28,522 nt of DNA from Verrucomicrobiota bacterium (GCA_039815375.1 JBCBZJ010000031.1:1-28522); one strand, 5' to 3'. Counted from the first letter of the stretch, positions 18,381 through 28,460 are shown. The notes: a model not told the origin generated them from the letters alone. Made by a program: numbers and translations.

Positions 18381-18392
18381 CATAACGTTATG
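18381..18392. promoter_or_regulatory. Perfect 12-bp palindrome CATAACGTTATG in a divergent promoter region
   Basis: Lies between the divergent ybdG and 18415 genes, 14 nt downstream of TTGATT (18361-18366). Function is inferred. Confidence 0.45.
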
Positions 18393-18414
18393 AAATATCA
18401 AAGAAAACCTCATA

Positions 18415-18939
18415 ATGGAAAATACATTGAGTAGGCCAAGAACTGCTGCGGAGCTTGTAATTGAGAGCGCCAATATGGATGACTTCCGTCTCCGCCTCAT
18501 TGACTGGCAGGAAGAGCTGACCGAAGTCAGCAGCCGAAAGGAGTTTGCCAAGCGCATTGCTGAGCCACCGATTCTACTCGCGGAGCAAAACGGCGATCAT
18601 GGCCAGTGTGATGCTTACCTTGCTGCTTATGTTGAATGGCTCTGTGAGCTGCATCGGATTTCTGTTCCCGATTGGGTGCAAGAAGCTGAACGTGTTGCGC
18701 GTAAAACGACGCCAAGCTTCTGGGGAGAATTGCATGGAGAGGTCCCCAAAGCTTTTGCGCGCCGGGCTGTGTCGGCCACGCCGAAGAATAGCTTAAAGCT
18801 TCGCCGCGGCCGACCGCGCGTGAGCGCAGAACAGAAGCGGAAGAAGGGCGTCGAACGCCAAAGGCGCTACCGTGCCCGGATCCGCGCCAAGCTGGCCAAG
18901 CTGAAGCTACTTGAGGGAAATTTCTTAGCTACGGATTAA
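18415..18939 (+). CDS. Hypothetical protein: antitoxin-like N-domain plus AT-hook-like and basic helical tail
   Basis: N-domain EPP...GD...DAYLAAYVEWL...PDWV...R...P.AFARR; C-terminal RRGRPR and KRKKGVERQRRYRARIRAKLAKLKLLE. Confidence 0.7.
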   Translation: MENTLSRPRTAAELVIESANMDDFRLRLIDWQEELTEVSSRKEFAKRIAEPPILLAEQNGDHGQCDAYLAAYVEWLCELHRISVPDWVQEAERVARKTTPSFWGELHGEVPKAFARRAVSATPKNSLKLRRGRPRVSAEQKRKKGVERQRRYRARIRAKLAKLKLLEGNFLATD

Positions 18940-19098
18940 CACAAATAGACACAGACTAGAATTGCTGCGCTTTTCTATTTGTCAGGCCTATGGTAGAGAC
19001 ACCTGTTTCCAGACGTCCATGCTTCGCTCATGTGTCTCGGACAGCTCCGGTCGCCGTCCCAGCCTCGGCATGTTCAGCAGCATACACTCGCGCTATCT

Positions 19099-20931
19099 TT
19101 ACCCCTTCGCCGCTTTGGCTGCCTTGCGGCGTTTGTTCTCGTCGAGCTCGCGTTTACGCATACGGAGGAACTGAGGTGTGGCCTCAACGAGTTCGTCGGG
19201 AGCGATATACTCGATGGCGCGCTCTAGGGAGAACTTAAGTGGTGGGGCGAGCTGGATGCCTTTGTCGGAGCCGGAGGCGCGCATATTGTCGAGCTGCTTG
19301 GCCTTGGCGGGGTTGACGGGCATGTCTTCCTTGCGCGGGTTTTCGCCGACGATCATGCCGCCGTAGACTTCTTCACCGGGACCAATGAAGAGTTTGCCAC
19401 GGGTCTGGATGTTATCGAGGGCATAAGGCATCGCTTTGCCGAGCTCCATACTCACGAGGGTGCCGGTCTGGCGGGTGGTGATCTCACCGCTGAACGGGCG
19501 ATATTCGAGGAAGGAATGGCTCATCACACCGTGGCCTGAAGTCATGGTGACGAGATCGCTCTCGAAACCAATGAGACCCCGGGTAGGTGCCTCGGCTTCG
19601 ACGGTAACGCCAGCGTTGTGATGTTCCATGTTGGTGACCTTGGCCTTTCGCTTGGCGAGGTTCTCCATCACACCCCCGAGGTGGTCTTCAGGAACTTCGA
19701 CCCAGACCTGCTCAAAAGGCTCGTGCTGTTTGCCGTCGATTTCCTTGTAGAGCACGGTAGGGCGGGAAACGAGGACTTCGAAGCCTTCGCGGCGCATAGT
19801 CTCGACGAGGACGGCGATCTGCATGGCGCCTCGAGCGTTGACGAGGAAAGTGGTGCCTTTGTCGGTGTCTTCAATAGAAATGGAAATATTGGACTGAGTC
19901 TCACGGACGAGACGCTCACGGATTTGGCGGGAGGTGACTTTCTTGCCGTCTTTACCAGCGAGGGGTCCATCGTTAACGGAGAACTCCATTTGCACGGTGG
20001 CAGGGTCGATCTCGACGAAGGGAAGAGCTTCTGCATCGGGTGTGGCGGCAAGGGTGTCGCCGATATCCACGTCGTCGAAACCGGCAAGGCCGACGATGTC
20101 TCCAGCCACAGCATTCTCAATGTCATCGGTAGCAAGGCCGGAGAAGGTCTTCATCTTGGTGACTTTGACACGGTCCTTGGAGCCGTCCTTGCGGAGTGCG
20201 TGGATGGTTTGGCCCTGCTTGATCTCTCCGGAAAGCACGCGGCCTATGGCCATGCGACCGACGTAGTCGTCCCAGTCGATATTGGAGACGAGCATGCGGA
20301 AGTCGCCTTCTTCGATAGTTGGTGGCGGGATACGTTCAATGACAGTCTTGAAGAGGTCGTTCATGTTCTCGCGTGGGCCGTCGACTTCGCAGTCGGCAAA
20401 GCCGTTTTTTGCCGATGCGTAAAGGAAAGGTGCGTTGAACTGATCCTCATCAGCGTCGAGATCTAGGAAGAGTTCGAGTACTTTGTCGTGGACCCAGTCG
20501 GGCCGGGAAGTATCGCGGTCTATCTTGTTTATTACACAGATTGTCTTGAGGCCGGCATCAAGGGCCTTGCGAAGGACCCACCGGGTCTGAGCTTGGGGAC
20601 CGCCGACGGCGTCGGTTAGGAGTAGGACACCGTCGACCATTTTCATGACGCGCTCGACCTCGGCGCCGAAGTCGGCGTGGCCTGGAGTGTCGACAATGTT
20701 AATGGTGTAGGTGATGCCATCTTTCGGGTTCTCCCACTTGATGGCGGTATTCTTGGCCTTGATGGTGATGCCCTTTTCACGCTCGAGGTCCATTGAGTCC
20801 ATCACGCGTTCCTCAACGGCCTGGTTTTCGCGGAAGGTGCCGCTTTGCTGGAGCAAGCAGTCGACGAGGGTGGTCTTGCCGTGGTCAACGTGGGCAATAA
20901 TGGCGATGTTACGGATGTGTTCGGCGTTCAC
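19099..20931 (-). CDS. typA: Translational GTPase TypA/BipA
   Basis: Motifs [46 protein letters not shown] and [21 protein letters not shown] start. Confidence 0.98.
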   Translation of the reverse strand: MNAEHIRNIAIIAHVDHGKTTLVDCLLQQSGTFRENQAVEERVMDSMDLEREKGITIKAKNTAIKWENPKDGITYTINIVDTPGHADFGAEVERVMKMVDGVLLLTDAVGGPQAQTRWVLRKALDAGLKTICVINKIDRDTSRPDWVHDKVLELFLDLDADEDQFNAPFLYASAKNGFADCEVDGPRENMNDLFKTVIERIPPPTIEEGDFRMLVSNIDWDDYVGRMAIGRVLSGEIKQGQTIHALRKDGSKDRVKVTKMKTFSGLATDDIENAVAGDIVGLAGFDDVDIGDTLAATPDAEALPFVEIDPATVQMEFSVNDGPLAGKDGKKVTSRQIRERLVRETQSNISISIEDTDKGTTFLVNARGAMQIAVLVETMRREGFEVLVSRPTVLYKEIDGKQHEPFEQVWVEVPEDHLGGVMENLAKRKAKVTNMEHHNAGVTVEAEAPTRGLIGFESDLVTMTSGHGVMSHSFLEYRPFSGEITTRQTGTLVSMELGKAMPYALDNIQTRGKLFIGPGEEVYGGMIVGENPRKEDMPVNPAKAKQLDNMRASGSDKGIQLAPPLKFSLERAIEYIAPDELVEATPQFLRMRKRELDENKRRKAAKAAKG

Positions 20932-20932
20932 T

Positions 20933-20967
20933 GGTTAGCGGATAATTGAAAATGGATAGTGGATGAT
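20933..20967. repeat. Degenerate heptamer tandem repeat x5 directly upstream of the typA start
   Basis: ggttagc ggataat tgaaaat ggatagt ggatgat. Confidence 0.6.
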
Positions 20968-21041
20968 CGGGGACAGGTGGTAGCCCCAAAAAGCGCGGGA
21001 TAAGGCCTGTAGAATGGTTCTTAGTCAACGCTATAGAATCT

Positions 21042-21108
21042 ACAGATTGCACAGATTTAGACAGATCCTCTTTTTTTGGGAAAATCTGCGCCCATCTGCA
21101 TAATCTGT
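21042..21108. repeat. Inverted repeat built from three CAGAT units per arm (9-10 nt period)
   Basis: ACAGATtgc ACAGATttag ACAGAT ... ATCTGcgccc ATCTGcata ATCTGT; lies directly downstream of the LMW-PTP stop. Confidence 0.8.
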
Positions 21109-21117
21109 GAACAGAAA

Positions 21118-21582
21118 CTACGTTGTGAAGCTCTTTAGCAATCCGCGGCAGCCATCTTCGATGAGGTCCATAACGTGTTCGAAACCCTGGTCGCCGCCAT
21201 AGTAGGGATCGGGCACCTCGGTTTCATCGTGTTCTGTGCAGTAATCGCAAAAAAGCTTCACTTTGGCACGCTGCTCGTCACCCCGCGCGAGGGAGAGAGC
21301 ACCGGCTTTGTTATCCGAATCCATTGCAAGGATAAGGTCGTAGTGTTCCATGTCGAAGCTGTCGAGCTGCTTGGAGCGTCCGATGACAGGAATGCCACGG
21401 GCGCGCATAACCTGCTGCATGCGACGGTCTGGTGGGCTGCCAGAGTGAAAGCCGATCGTGCCGGCAGATTCAATGTCGAATCCATCTGACAACCCTGCTT
21501 CGTTGACAATGTGCTGAAAGACGCAATGAGCGGCAGGAGACCGGCAGATGTTGCCCATGCAGAGGAAGAGGACAGATTTCAT
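21118..21582 (-). CDS. Low-molecular-weight protein-tyrosine phosphatase
   Basis: P-loop CMGNICRSP and the DPYYG loop. Confidence 0.96.
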   Translation of the reverse strand: MKSVLFLCMGNICRSPAAHCVFQHIVNEAGLSDGFDIESAGTIGFHSGSPPDRRMQQVMRARGIPVIGRSKQLDSFDMEHYDLILAMDSDNKAGALSLARGDEQRAKVKLFCDYCTEHDETEVPDPYYGGDQGFEHVMDLIEDGCRGLLKSFTT

Positions 21583-21670
21583 TTATTTTTAAACGACAGC
21601 GGGCACGGAGGATAAGAAATTTAGTTTGATCGAAATCGATTGAGCGCGAGAGGTCGATGGCGATTTGGAT

Positions 21671-22663
21671 TTAAATAGAAGTGTCAGAATACTGAGCGAT
21701 GTGCATTTGTGCCACACTTTCTAGATCTTCGACTTGGACGACAGTGGTGAGTGCGCCACGTATCTTGCGGGAGCCTTTGATGCCTTTGGTTAGTGCGATG
21801 AACTTGGGGCGCATCCAACGCAGGTCAGTGTGTCGTTGTTCGCGGAAGGGACGGGCCATAATCTGCCGAGTATAGTCGATAATGGTCTGCCAGCGCTCCT
21901 CCACAGTGGGTGGCGGAGGCACTTTGCCGTGTTCCAGTGCATGCTTTATATCGCGAAAGATCCAGGGATAGCCAAGTGCGGCTCGGCCGATCATGAGCCC
22001 AGCGCAACCAGTGGTTTCGCGGATGCGAATGACATCCTCGGCCCGTGTGATGTTGCCATTGCCAACAACCGGTATTGTAAGCGCCTCGGCAACTTCAGCG
22101 ATAATCGGCCAGTTGGCATCGCCGCTGTATCCCTGCACTTTTGTTCGGCCGTGAATGGCAAGAGCACGGGCACCTTCACTTTCGACGATGTGGCCGACTT
22201 CTTTAGCCACAATTGTATCATCATCCCAGCCGGTGCGAATTTTGGCCGTGACGGGTGTCTCTGGCACAGCCTCGACCACTGCACTGACAACCTTACCGAG
22301 TTTGTTGGGGTTGCGCAGCATGGAGGATCCCGCATCCATACAAACCACACGATCGGCAGGACAGCCGAAATTGATATCGATGAAGTCGGGACGGAGTCGA
22401 TCTGTCAGAAGACGGGCGGCCTGTCCCATTGTGACGGGATTTGAACCGAAGATCTGCACACCCATGGGCCGTTGCTCCTCGGTGAAGTCCACGGTCTCCC
22501 ACAGCTTGGGGTCCTCACGGTTCAGCGCATCTGCCTGCACAAACTCGGTGACCATGACGTCGGCGCCCTGCTTTTTGCAGAAATCGCGAAACACAATGTC
22601 CGTAAACCGTGCCATAGGGGCGAGGTAGAGCGGAAATTTGCCATCTTGGAACCAGGGAAGCAC
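21671..22663 (-). CDS. dusB: tRNA-dihydrouridine synthase (DusB-like)
   Basis: Motifs [38 protein letters not shown] and [13 protein letters not shown]. Confidence 0.93.
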   Translation of the reverse strand: MLPWFQDGKFPLYLAPMARFTDIVFRDFCKKQGADVMVTEFVQADALNREDPKLWETVDFTEEQRPMGVQIFGSNPVTMGQAARLLTDRLRPDFIDINFGCPADRVVCMDAGSSMLRNPNKLGKVVSAVVEAVPETPVTAKIRTGWDDDTIVAKEVGHIVESEGARALAIHGRTKVQGYSGDANWPIIAEVAEALTIPVVGNGNITRAEDVIRIRETTGCAGLMIGRAALGYPWIFRDIKHALEHGKVPPPPTVEERWQTIIDYTRQIMARPFREQRHTDLRWMRPKFIALTKGIKGSRKIRGALTTVVQVEDLESVAQMHIAQYSDTSI

Positions 22664-22666
22664 AGG

Positions 22667-22699
22667 GAGTGAAAGTTGGAAGTTAAGAGTGAGAAGTTA
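22667..22699. repeat. Degenerate heptamer tandem repeat directly upstream of the dusB start
   Basis: gagtg aaagttg gaagtta agagtga gaagtta. Confidence 0.6.
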
Positions 22700-22877
22700 A
22701 ACGAAGCCGGAAAGGAATGATTCAAGAGGATCGCACAATGGTGACTTTTCAGACGGAGGCACTGCTTATCAGCTTCGTGTCGAGTTCCTGTAAAGCCTCC
22801 AATATTCTTCCCGATTGTCAGCTTTTCATTTTCAAAACTGTGTTTCCGGACTGAACCGATCATATCCGGGCTGCTGC

Positions 22878-23369
22878 CTAGACATCCATAAGGAAGGGGA
22901 GACGATCCGGCATTCTATTCCAATCGAGTGTTCTATTGGAGGGTGAGTAGATAATGACCATGACAGGAGCTTGGCTTTAGTTTCCTAGGGTCGTTCGATT
23001 GAGAACAATGTGCCAGAGGAACCTTGCGAAGGAGATATGCCTCTCTTTCCCGTCGGTACACCAGTAGGACATCTCCTGAAATCCTTGACCGGTTTGAATG
23101 TTCAATACGGCACCGATGAAGCAGAATGCAGGGTTATGAATGACGTGGCGGTCTTTTGTGCCGTTGCTTAGATGATAGAGCCTTTTGATTCCTTCGGCCT
23201 GGCCAAGAAGTGATTGTTCGTCATCGAAAAGCGGAACTTTTTGACCGTTGAAGCCGAAGTCCTTTAAGGGGATCTGCTCTATACTTCGGAAGCGTTGGAG
23301 ACGGGAATGACGCTGTAGAAGACGACGACAAACAATAACAAGATAAAGTTTATCCAGGGTGGACTCTAT
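22878..23369 (-). pseudogene. Disrupted exosortase-associated EpsI-like gene
   Basis: The anchor PWINFILLLFVVVFYSVIPVSNASE is in one frame. It then shifts to IPLKDFGFNGQKVPL...IKRLY...NGTKDRHVIHNPAFCFIGA...SYWCTDG...RTTLGN*, with an in-frame TAA at 22977-22979 followed by APVMVIIY...LDW. No start codon. Confidence 0.78.
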
Positions 23370-23370
23370 A

Positions 23371-25053
23371 TTACAGAGGCTTTGGTTGAATTACCGGCAA
23401 GCTCGAAAGGAAATCGACGGCTGAACTTTCCTTCGTATCCGACCAGACGACGTAGAGGCTCCAGTTCGTAGTGCGTCCAAAGAACTTTCGCCAGGTATCG
23501 GCGATCAGGAAAGCAGGGTAGTTGGCGATAGTGACACCGTCCTCATCGCCGAACCAATAGATAAAGGTGCGCTCGAGGCCGTATTTCTGGTTTTTAAGCT
23601 GCAGCTTGCGAGCTTTCGCAGGAATGCCTTTTTCATGATTGAACTCGACGGTTTTGCTTCCAACAGGTTCCCATCCAAGGCCCATTTGGCAATATTCCGG
23701 CGTATGGATGGTCTTACGATTGCCATCGGAGGGGACAATCATGACACCGACGCGTTCATTCCCGCGCACATATTGACGATTGAGCACGTTACTCCGTTGG
23801 TAGAAGTCTTCGCCTTCTGCATCGGCTATGTCACTGCCTTCCCATTCGGCATATTCACCAAGAAGATAAGGCAGCGAGTAAGTGATGGCACCCGCTCTGA
23901 AGTCGGTGCGAACCATATAGAGCATACCAATGAGCATGCAGGCTGCAGAAATGGTCATAAATGCTGACCAACGTGCCACTGGCTGCAGCGGTATAAACGG
24001 GCGTTTAATGGGCAGGCACACAAAGAAAAAGAAGGTCAGCCCGACCAGGGTAGCCAGTGATTTTATAACCAGAGGAATGGCGACTCCATCGGTTCCGAGA
24101 ATCAGGTTGATCGATTCACTAACCTTCGGGTAAGAAAGGAACATGATCAACTGGAAGGGAACACAGCGGATCGCGTAGTGGAAATTTCGATACGCCAGTC
24201 CGATGGAAAAAACTGCGACCATCAGTGTGACACCGAGCACGTAGAGATTCGGTCCGGGAATTTGGGAAAGTAGAGCCAAGCCGCTTGATATGGCAAAGAT
24301 GATACTCCCGAGGCGCATTCGCTCATGATCTGCAGTTGTTAGTTTCCAGCAGGTAACCCAACCGGCTACGCCGATAAAGAAAAAGATGTATCCAAACCGA
24401 TCAAACTGGTTGTAGACAGTGCCCATCCATGCTGTGACACAGGCTGAGACCACAGGTAAGTATGCCATGGCGCTCAGCACCACGGTAAAGGCGAGCATAT
24501 TGCTCGATGGTGAGGAATCCGTGCTGTCGTGCTCCGTCCTCTTCGCCAGTAGCTCGGTTATAACAAAGAAGCCGGGTAGGGCGATGGCAAAAGCGGTTAG
24601 GCCTATAAGGTCGTGCAAGAGACCTTCTTCGATGACGCTACCACGCATGTAGCTGAAACCTAGCAGGATGGTGAGGCGTAGTCCGTTTGCCAGCAAAGCG
24701 ATGATGGCGGCAAGGAGTGTTGCCACTACCTTGTTAATGGGTGAGATGTGGGGATGGATGCCGCCCCACAGGATACCTACAAAGATGAGAGTGCGCAGCA
24801 TTTCAGAACCACTGCACGCGGGAATGATGTCGAAGGTCATTCCCGGGAGCGATAGGATGGTGCCCGAACGCGACACATCGAGATTAGTGATGCGCAGACA
24901 AATCTCAGCCATCCAGGCAGAGAACTCGCGTAACTGGAGCTCATAAGCTTCGCTAAGAACAGGAAAGATAAAAAAAATCAGTCCGGCAATTGCAAGCGGC
25001 ACGACGATACGGTCGATGCTTGAAGTCGAGGAGCTCGTCGAAGCGCTACTCAT
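23371..25053 (-). CDS. Exosortase-family transpeptidase fused to an EpsI-like domain
   Basis: Catalytic triad C80 (PACSG), R126 (ANGLR), H147 (LHDLIG); C-terminal EpsI motifs DGNRKTIHTPEYCQMGLGW and FIYWF. Confidence 0.9.
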   Translation of the reverse strand: MSSASTSSSTSSIDRIVVPLAIAGLIFFIFPVLSEAYELQLREFSAWMAEICLRITNLDVSRSGTILSLPGMTFDIIPACSGSEMLRTLIFVGILWGGIHPHISPINKVVATLLAAIIALLANGLRLTILLGFSYMRGSVIEEGLLHDLIGLTAFAIALPGFFVITELLAKRTEHDSTDSSPSSNMLAFTVVLSAMAYLPVVSACVTAWMGTVYNQFDRFGYIFFFIGVAGWVTCWKLTTADHERMRLGSIIFAISSGLALLSQIPGPNLYVLGVTLMVAVFSIGLAYRNFHYAIRCVPFQLIMFLSYPKVSESINLILGTDGVAIPLVIKSLATLVGLTFFFFVCLPIKRPFIPLQPVARWSAFMTISAACMLIGMLYMVRTDFRAGAITYSLPYLLGEYAEWEGSDIADAEGEDFYQRSNVLNRQYVRGNERVGVMIVPSDGNRKTIHTPEYCQMGLGWEPVGSKTVEFNHEKGIPAKARKLQLKNQKYGLERTFIYWFGDEDGVTIANYPAFLIADTWRKFFGRTTNWSLYVVWSDTKESSAVDFLSSLPVIQPKPL

Positions 25054-27388
25054 TTAAAGCCTCCAAAGCCGTCTGCACATCACTCCGCCTCAGGAAGGTA
25101 TTTTTCCAAACAGATTCGTCCATGGCTAAGAGTTCCCGATAGATTTCGCCGGATTTATCGGGTAGTCCGGTATCGCGAAATGCGGCGGCGAGATAGACGT
25201 AGAGGAAAAACTGTGGTTCTGCCGAGGCGTCGTAGGCTTCTTGCATACGCTCCTGTACTTCGAGCAGATTGCGCTGCTGAACAGCGAGTGCCGATTGTTC
25301 CAGCGCCAGCTGGATCATGGCAGTAATTTGCAGATAACGCGCGTCTGCATTTTCCGGTTCGGCAGCAAGCACCTTGTTGGCTGTCCTAAGTGCATTGCGT
25401 GGTTGGTTGGTCTGGAGTTGAAGTTTCGCGAGTCGAGTCTGGCTGTAGGTGTCGTCCGGAGTTATATTCAAAACACGACGTAATGAGCCGACCGCTTTTT
25501 CCGGATGTCCGTTCAACTCGTGGATAATGGACTGGCCTTGTAGCGCGACAATGTTGTCAGGTTCGCTGCTGAGTATTTCCCGGTAGAGCTTGCCGGCTTC
25601 GGCACTACGTTGCTGGTCAACTAGAAAACGAGCATAATCAAGGTAAGCAAAAAAGTCGGAAGGATCGATGGCCTGTTTAAAAAAGGATTCAGCGGAATCC
25701 GTTTCGCCATTCTGGAGTGCAACTCTAGCGCGGACCAAATTTCGGTTTCGTTCGGGAAGGTTCTCTGATGCAAGTTTTTCCAGAACTATTTCTGTTTGGC
25801 CCTCCTCGAGGAGAATCATGAGTTCGACCATGCGAATCTCGATGTTCTCTGTGTTGGCCTTGATAAGTGGGGCCACTATCTCGAGTGCTTCTTCGGTCTT
25901 GCCTTCCTGATAGGCCTGATTCGCAAGGGTCATTTGAATGCCGAGATCGTCTTTGAACTGACGACCAAGGGCCTGCTGCATCAGTTCAGGATTGGTTGAC
26001 TGCCCGGTATCGCTCATAACTTGCGCGAAAAGTCGAATTGAAGTGGGTGAGTGAAGCTCACGCTCGTGTAAATGATTTAGCAGGGTCAGTGCTTCGCCCT
26101 GTTTATTATCCTGGTAAAAGCCGCGTGCGGCCTCGGTTATGAAAAGGGGCGATTTGTAGAAAAAACCTGCCATACCCTCGATGCGCTCCAGTGGATGGAC
26201 GTCCTCGATCGCAGTGTAGAGCGCAACCGCACCTTCCGGTCGTCCATTCGTTACGGCCTCGCGGATGCCGAGCCATCGAATTGCCGGTGAATCCCGGAGA
26301 AATGATTCGATACGAACGAAGAGATCGTTACTTGGCGTTTCACCATTAGCGACCTTTCCGAGAAAACTGTAGAGTAGTTTTTCGCCTTCGAGCTCCTTTG
26401 GATTGGCAGTCATGCCGAGCAGCGGAGTGGTCACTGTTCGCGGCGGAAACAAGGACATTTCCTCGGCTGCTAGAGCTCTAAGTTCCCCGAGATTCGAATC
26501 CGGTCCGTTTTGAATGACGCGCAGTAGGGCGGCAATGATTCTGGATTCATGCGCGACAGCGAGCGCAACCGGGTGCTCACTGCGAGTTTGAATAAGCGTA
26601 GCAAGTTGATCCTCAGCTTCAGGCAATCTGCCTTGCATGAGAGTAAACATTGCTTTCTTGAGCATCCACTCACCGTGCGGATCTTCTTCATCCGCCATTT
26701 GGATGAGACCTTCTGCCTGATCAAACTGATTGTCAAAAACGAGCAGTGAAAGAAGGAGGTTGTATCCTTCGGTCGAGAGTTGTGATGTCGATTGTCGATC
26801 AATGAGAAGGCTGCTCGCCTCCTCTCGCCGACCGATGACCTCTAGCTTCCGAGCCATTTGTAAGATAATTGCCTCATCGCCGGTCTTCTCGGCAAGTGAC
26901 TGCCAGATAGCCAGGGCCTCATCGTGAAGTCCATACCGTGAGTAGAAACGACCTTTGGCGTTAAGGTTCTCGGGTGTTTGGTCGAGTTCGGGGAAGAGGC
27001 GGTTGAATTCCTCGATACGTTCAAGGACCGTAACCTCGTAGGTGTCGATGATGATGAGAAGGACAGAGAGTTTTCTAACACCGGACTCCCAGACTGATTG
27101 CATGTGGCGATGTGCATTTTCCGGTTGTCGAAGAATTACGGCAAGAAGGCCGGCTTCGAAAGCGATGTCTGATCTGGATGGGTCTTCACTAAAGGAAGTA
27201 ACGGCAAGGTCGTAGGCTGGCTGCAAGGCACCTTTACGTTGTAGGTCGCGGATGGCGTCGATCGGATCTGCAAAACTTTGGTCCTGTGAGGTTTCTTCTG
27301 GAGTCGATGACAGAAAAAAAGTGGCGCTGATCCCTACCGCGAGTAGGATGACCAGCGTCACTAAGAATGCTAAGACCTTTTTCCTCAT
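25046..27388 (-). CDS. Membrane-anchored tetratricopeptide-repeat protein (PrsT-like context)
   Basis: N-terminal anchor; helical repeats such as YREILSSEPDNIVAL, LRRVLNITPDD and ANKVLAAEPENADARY. Overlaps the exosortase start. Confidence 0.85.
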   Translation of the reverse strand: MRKKVLAFLVTLVILLAVGISATFFLSSTPEETSQDQSFADPIDAIRDLQRKGALQPAYDLAVTSFSEDPSRSDIAFEAGLLAVILRQPENAHRHMQSVWESGVRKLSVLLIIIDTYEVTVLERIEEFNRLFPELDQTPENLNAKGRFYSRYGLHDEALAIWQSLAEKTGDEAIILQMARKLEVIGRREEASSLLIDRQSTSQLSTEGYNLLLSLLVFDNQFDQAEGLIQMADEEDPHGEWMLKKAMFTLMQGRLPEAEDQLATLIQTRSEHPVALAVAHESRIIAALLRVIQNGPDSNLGELRALAAEEMSLFPPRTVTTPLLGMTANPKELEGEKLLYSFLGKVANGETPSNDLFVRIESFLRDSPAIRWLGIREAVTNGRPEGAVALYTAIEDVHPLERIEGMAGFFYKSPLFITEAARGFYQDNKQGEALTLLNHLHERELHSPTSIRLFAQVMSDTGQSTNPELMQQALGRQFKDDLGIQMTLANQAYQEGKTEEALEIVAPLIKANTENIEIRMVELMILLEEGQTEIVLEKLASENLPERNRNLVRARVALQNGETDSAESFFKQAIDPSDFFAYLDYARFLVDQQRSAEAGKLYREILSSEPDNIVALQGQSIIHELNGHPEKAVGSLRRVLNITPDDTYSQTRLAKLQLQTNQPRNALRTANKVLAAEPENADARYLQITAMIQLALEQSALAVQQRNLLEVQERMQEAYDASAEPQFFLYVYLAAAFRDTGLPDKSGEIYRELLAMDESVWKNTFLRRSDVQTALEALNE

Positions 27389-27397
27389 AGGCGTGGT

Positions 27398-28309
27398 TTA
27401 GGTGGATGCAGCTTCGCCGCTGCTGCGGAAGCGCATCTGCATTGCGATGCAGAAAAGTGCAAGTGACATCAGTAAGGCGGTGCTGGGCTCAGGGGCACCA
27501 GATGGCTTTGCGTCAACGATGGTCTGTGAGAAACTACCGGCCTGTAGGAAAACTGCGGAGTCGTAGTAGGCATCACCAGCGTCGGCAATACCGAGTTGTA
27601 TGTTGTAGATTTCGCCAGCCTCAAGTCCTGTGATTTCAGCCGTAAAGACATCGGTGAACCCATCGTATTCGAAGGCATAAGGGGATGAGCCGCCACTGAG
27701 GCTGTTGTCGTTAAAAAGCTCAGGGTAACTGTCGTTGTTGATCGTGTTGATCGCAACCGGGTTGTTACTATTCGGGATGAGAGCTACGTTTTCACCGTCA
27801 ACGAAGAAGCCGAAGACGTCGTTGAAGGAGGAACCCACCCATTCAACATACTCTTCGGAAGCGAATGAGAAATTGAAGTAGGCGGAATCGCCGCTACTGA
27901 CGAAATCGAATGAGAGAATTGTCGCGTCGTAGGTGTTGTAGCCGGGGATTAGCCCGTTAAGTGTATCATCTCCGCCTGTGCGGGAATTGAAACTCGTGCT
28001 TCCACTGGTATTTTGATTGTTGCCTGCGGAGGAGGCTCGACCGCTGGTAAGAATGACACCAGACTCGATATCATTCCCCGGAGCATATCCACCAGTAAAG
28101 TAACCTGCAGATTGGTTGTTTCCGGTATATTGGATGTTGCTGATTTCGATTCCTGGGCCGACAAGTGATTGTGCCAGAGCCTCCGGAGAGTCCATCGGCG
28201 TAATAACAGTTTGAGCAAAAGCCTGTCCTGCAATAAGGATGGCTGAAGGGGCGATGAGCCGTGTGATCGTTACTTTGGATAGAGCTTTCATTTTATTGTC
28301 TTTCTTCAT
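27398..28309 (-). CDS. Choice-of-anchor L domain protein with a PEP-CTERM-like sorting signal
   Basis: Signal peptide ending AFA-Q; motifs SGVILTSG, DATILSFDF, FASEEY..VGSSFNDVFGFF, EYDGFT and IADAGD..YDSAVFL; tail APEPS + TM. Start set at ATG 28309, 7 nt after AAGAAGG; 28315 and 28291 are alternatives. Confidence 0.87.
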   Translation of the reverse strand: MKKDNKMKALSKVTITRLIAPSAILIAGQAFAQTVITPMDSPEALAQSLVGPGIEISNIQYTGNNQSAGYFTGGYAPGNDIESGVILTSGRASSAGNNQNTSGSTSFNSRTGGDDTLNGLIPGYNTYDATILSFDFVSSGDSAYFNFSFASEEYVEWVGSSFNDVFGFFVDGENVALIPNSNNPVAINTINNDSYPELFNDNSLSGGSSPYAFEYDGFTDVFTAEITGLEAGEIYNIQLGIADAGDAYYDSAVFLQAGSFSQTIVDAKPSGAPEPSTALLMSLALFCIAMQMRFRSSGEAAST

Positions 28310-28427
28310 GCCCATACCTTCTTTTGAAAATAGGGCGTTATACTTAGTTAAAATTAGTGGTTTTATCAATGCTTTAAACGGTTTGGATTAATCTTTTTTA
28401 TGTTATTTGCTTCGCTCTTAAAAACTA

Positions 28428-28444
28428 AACACTAAGCGTGCCAA
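28428..28444 (-). promoter_or_regulatory. Putative sigma-54 (-24/-12) promoter TTGGCACG-CTTA-GTGTT
   Basis: Perfect -24 element with correct spacing; the -12 reads TGT rather than TGC. Oriented toward the PEP-CTERM cassette. Confidence 0.6.
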
Positions 28445-28460
28445 TTTTTATGAAAAATTG

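Noticed and set aside
19618..20466. 282-aa plus-strand ORF within typA, and similar ORFs within ybdG and dusB
   Set aside because: Antisense shadows of conserved genes.
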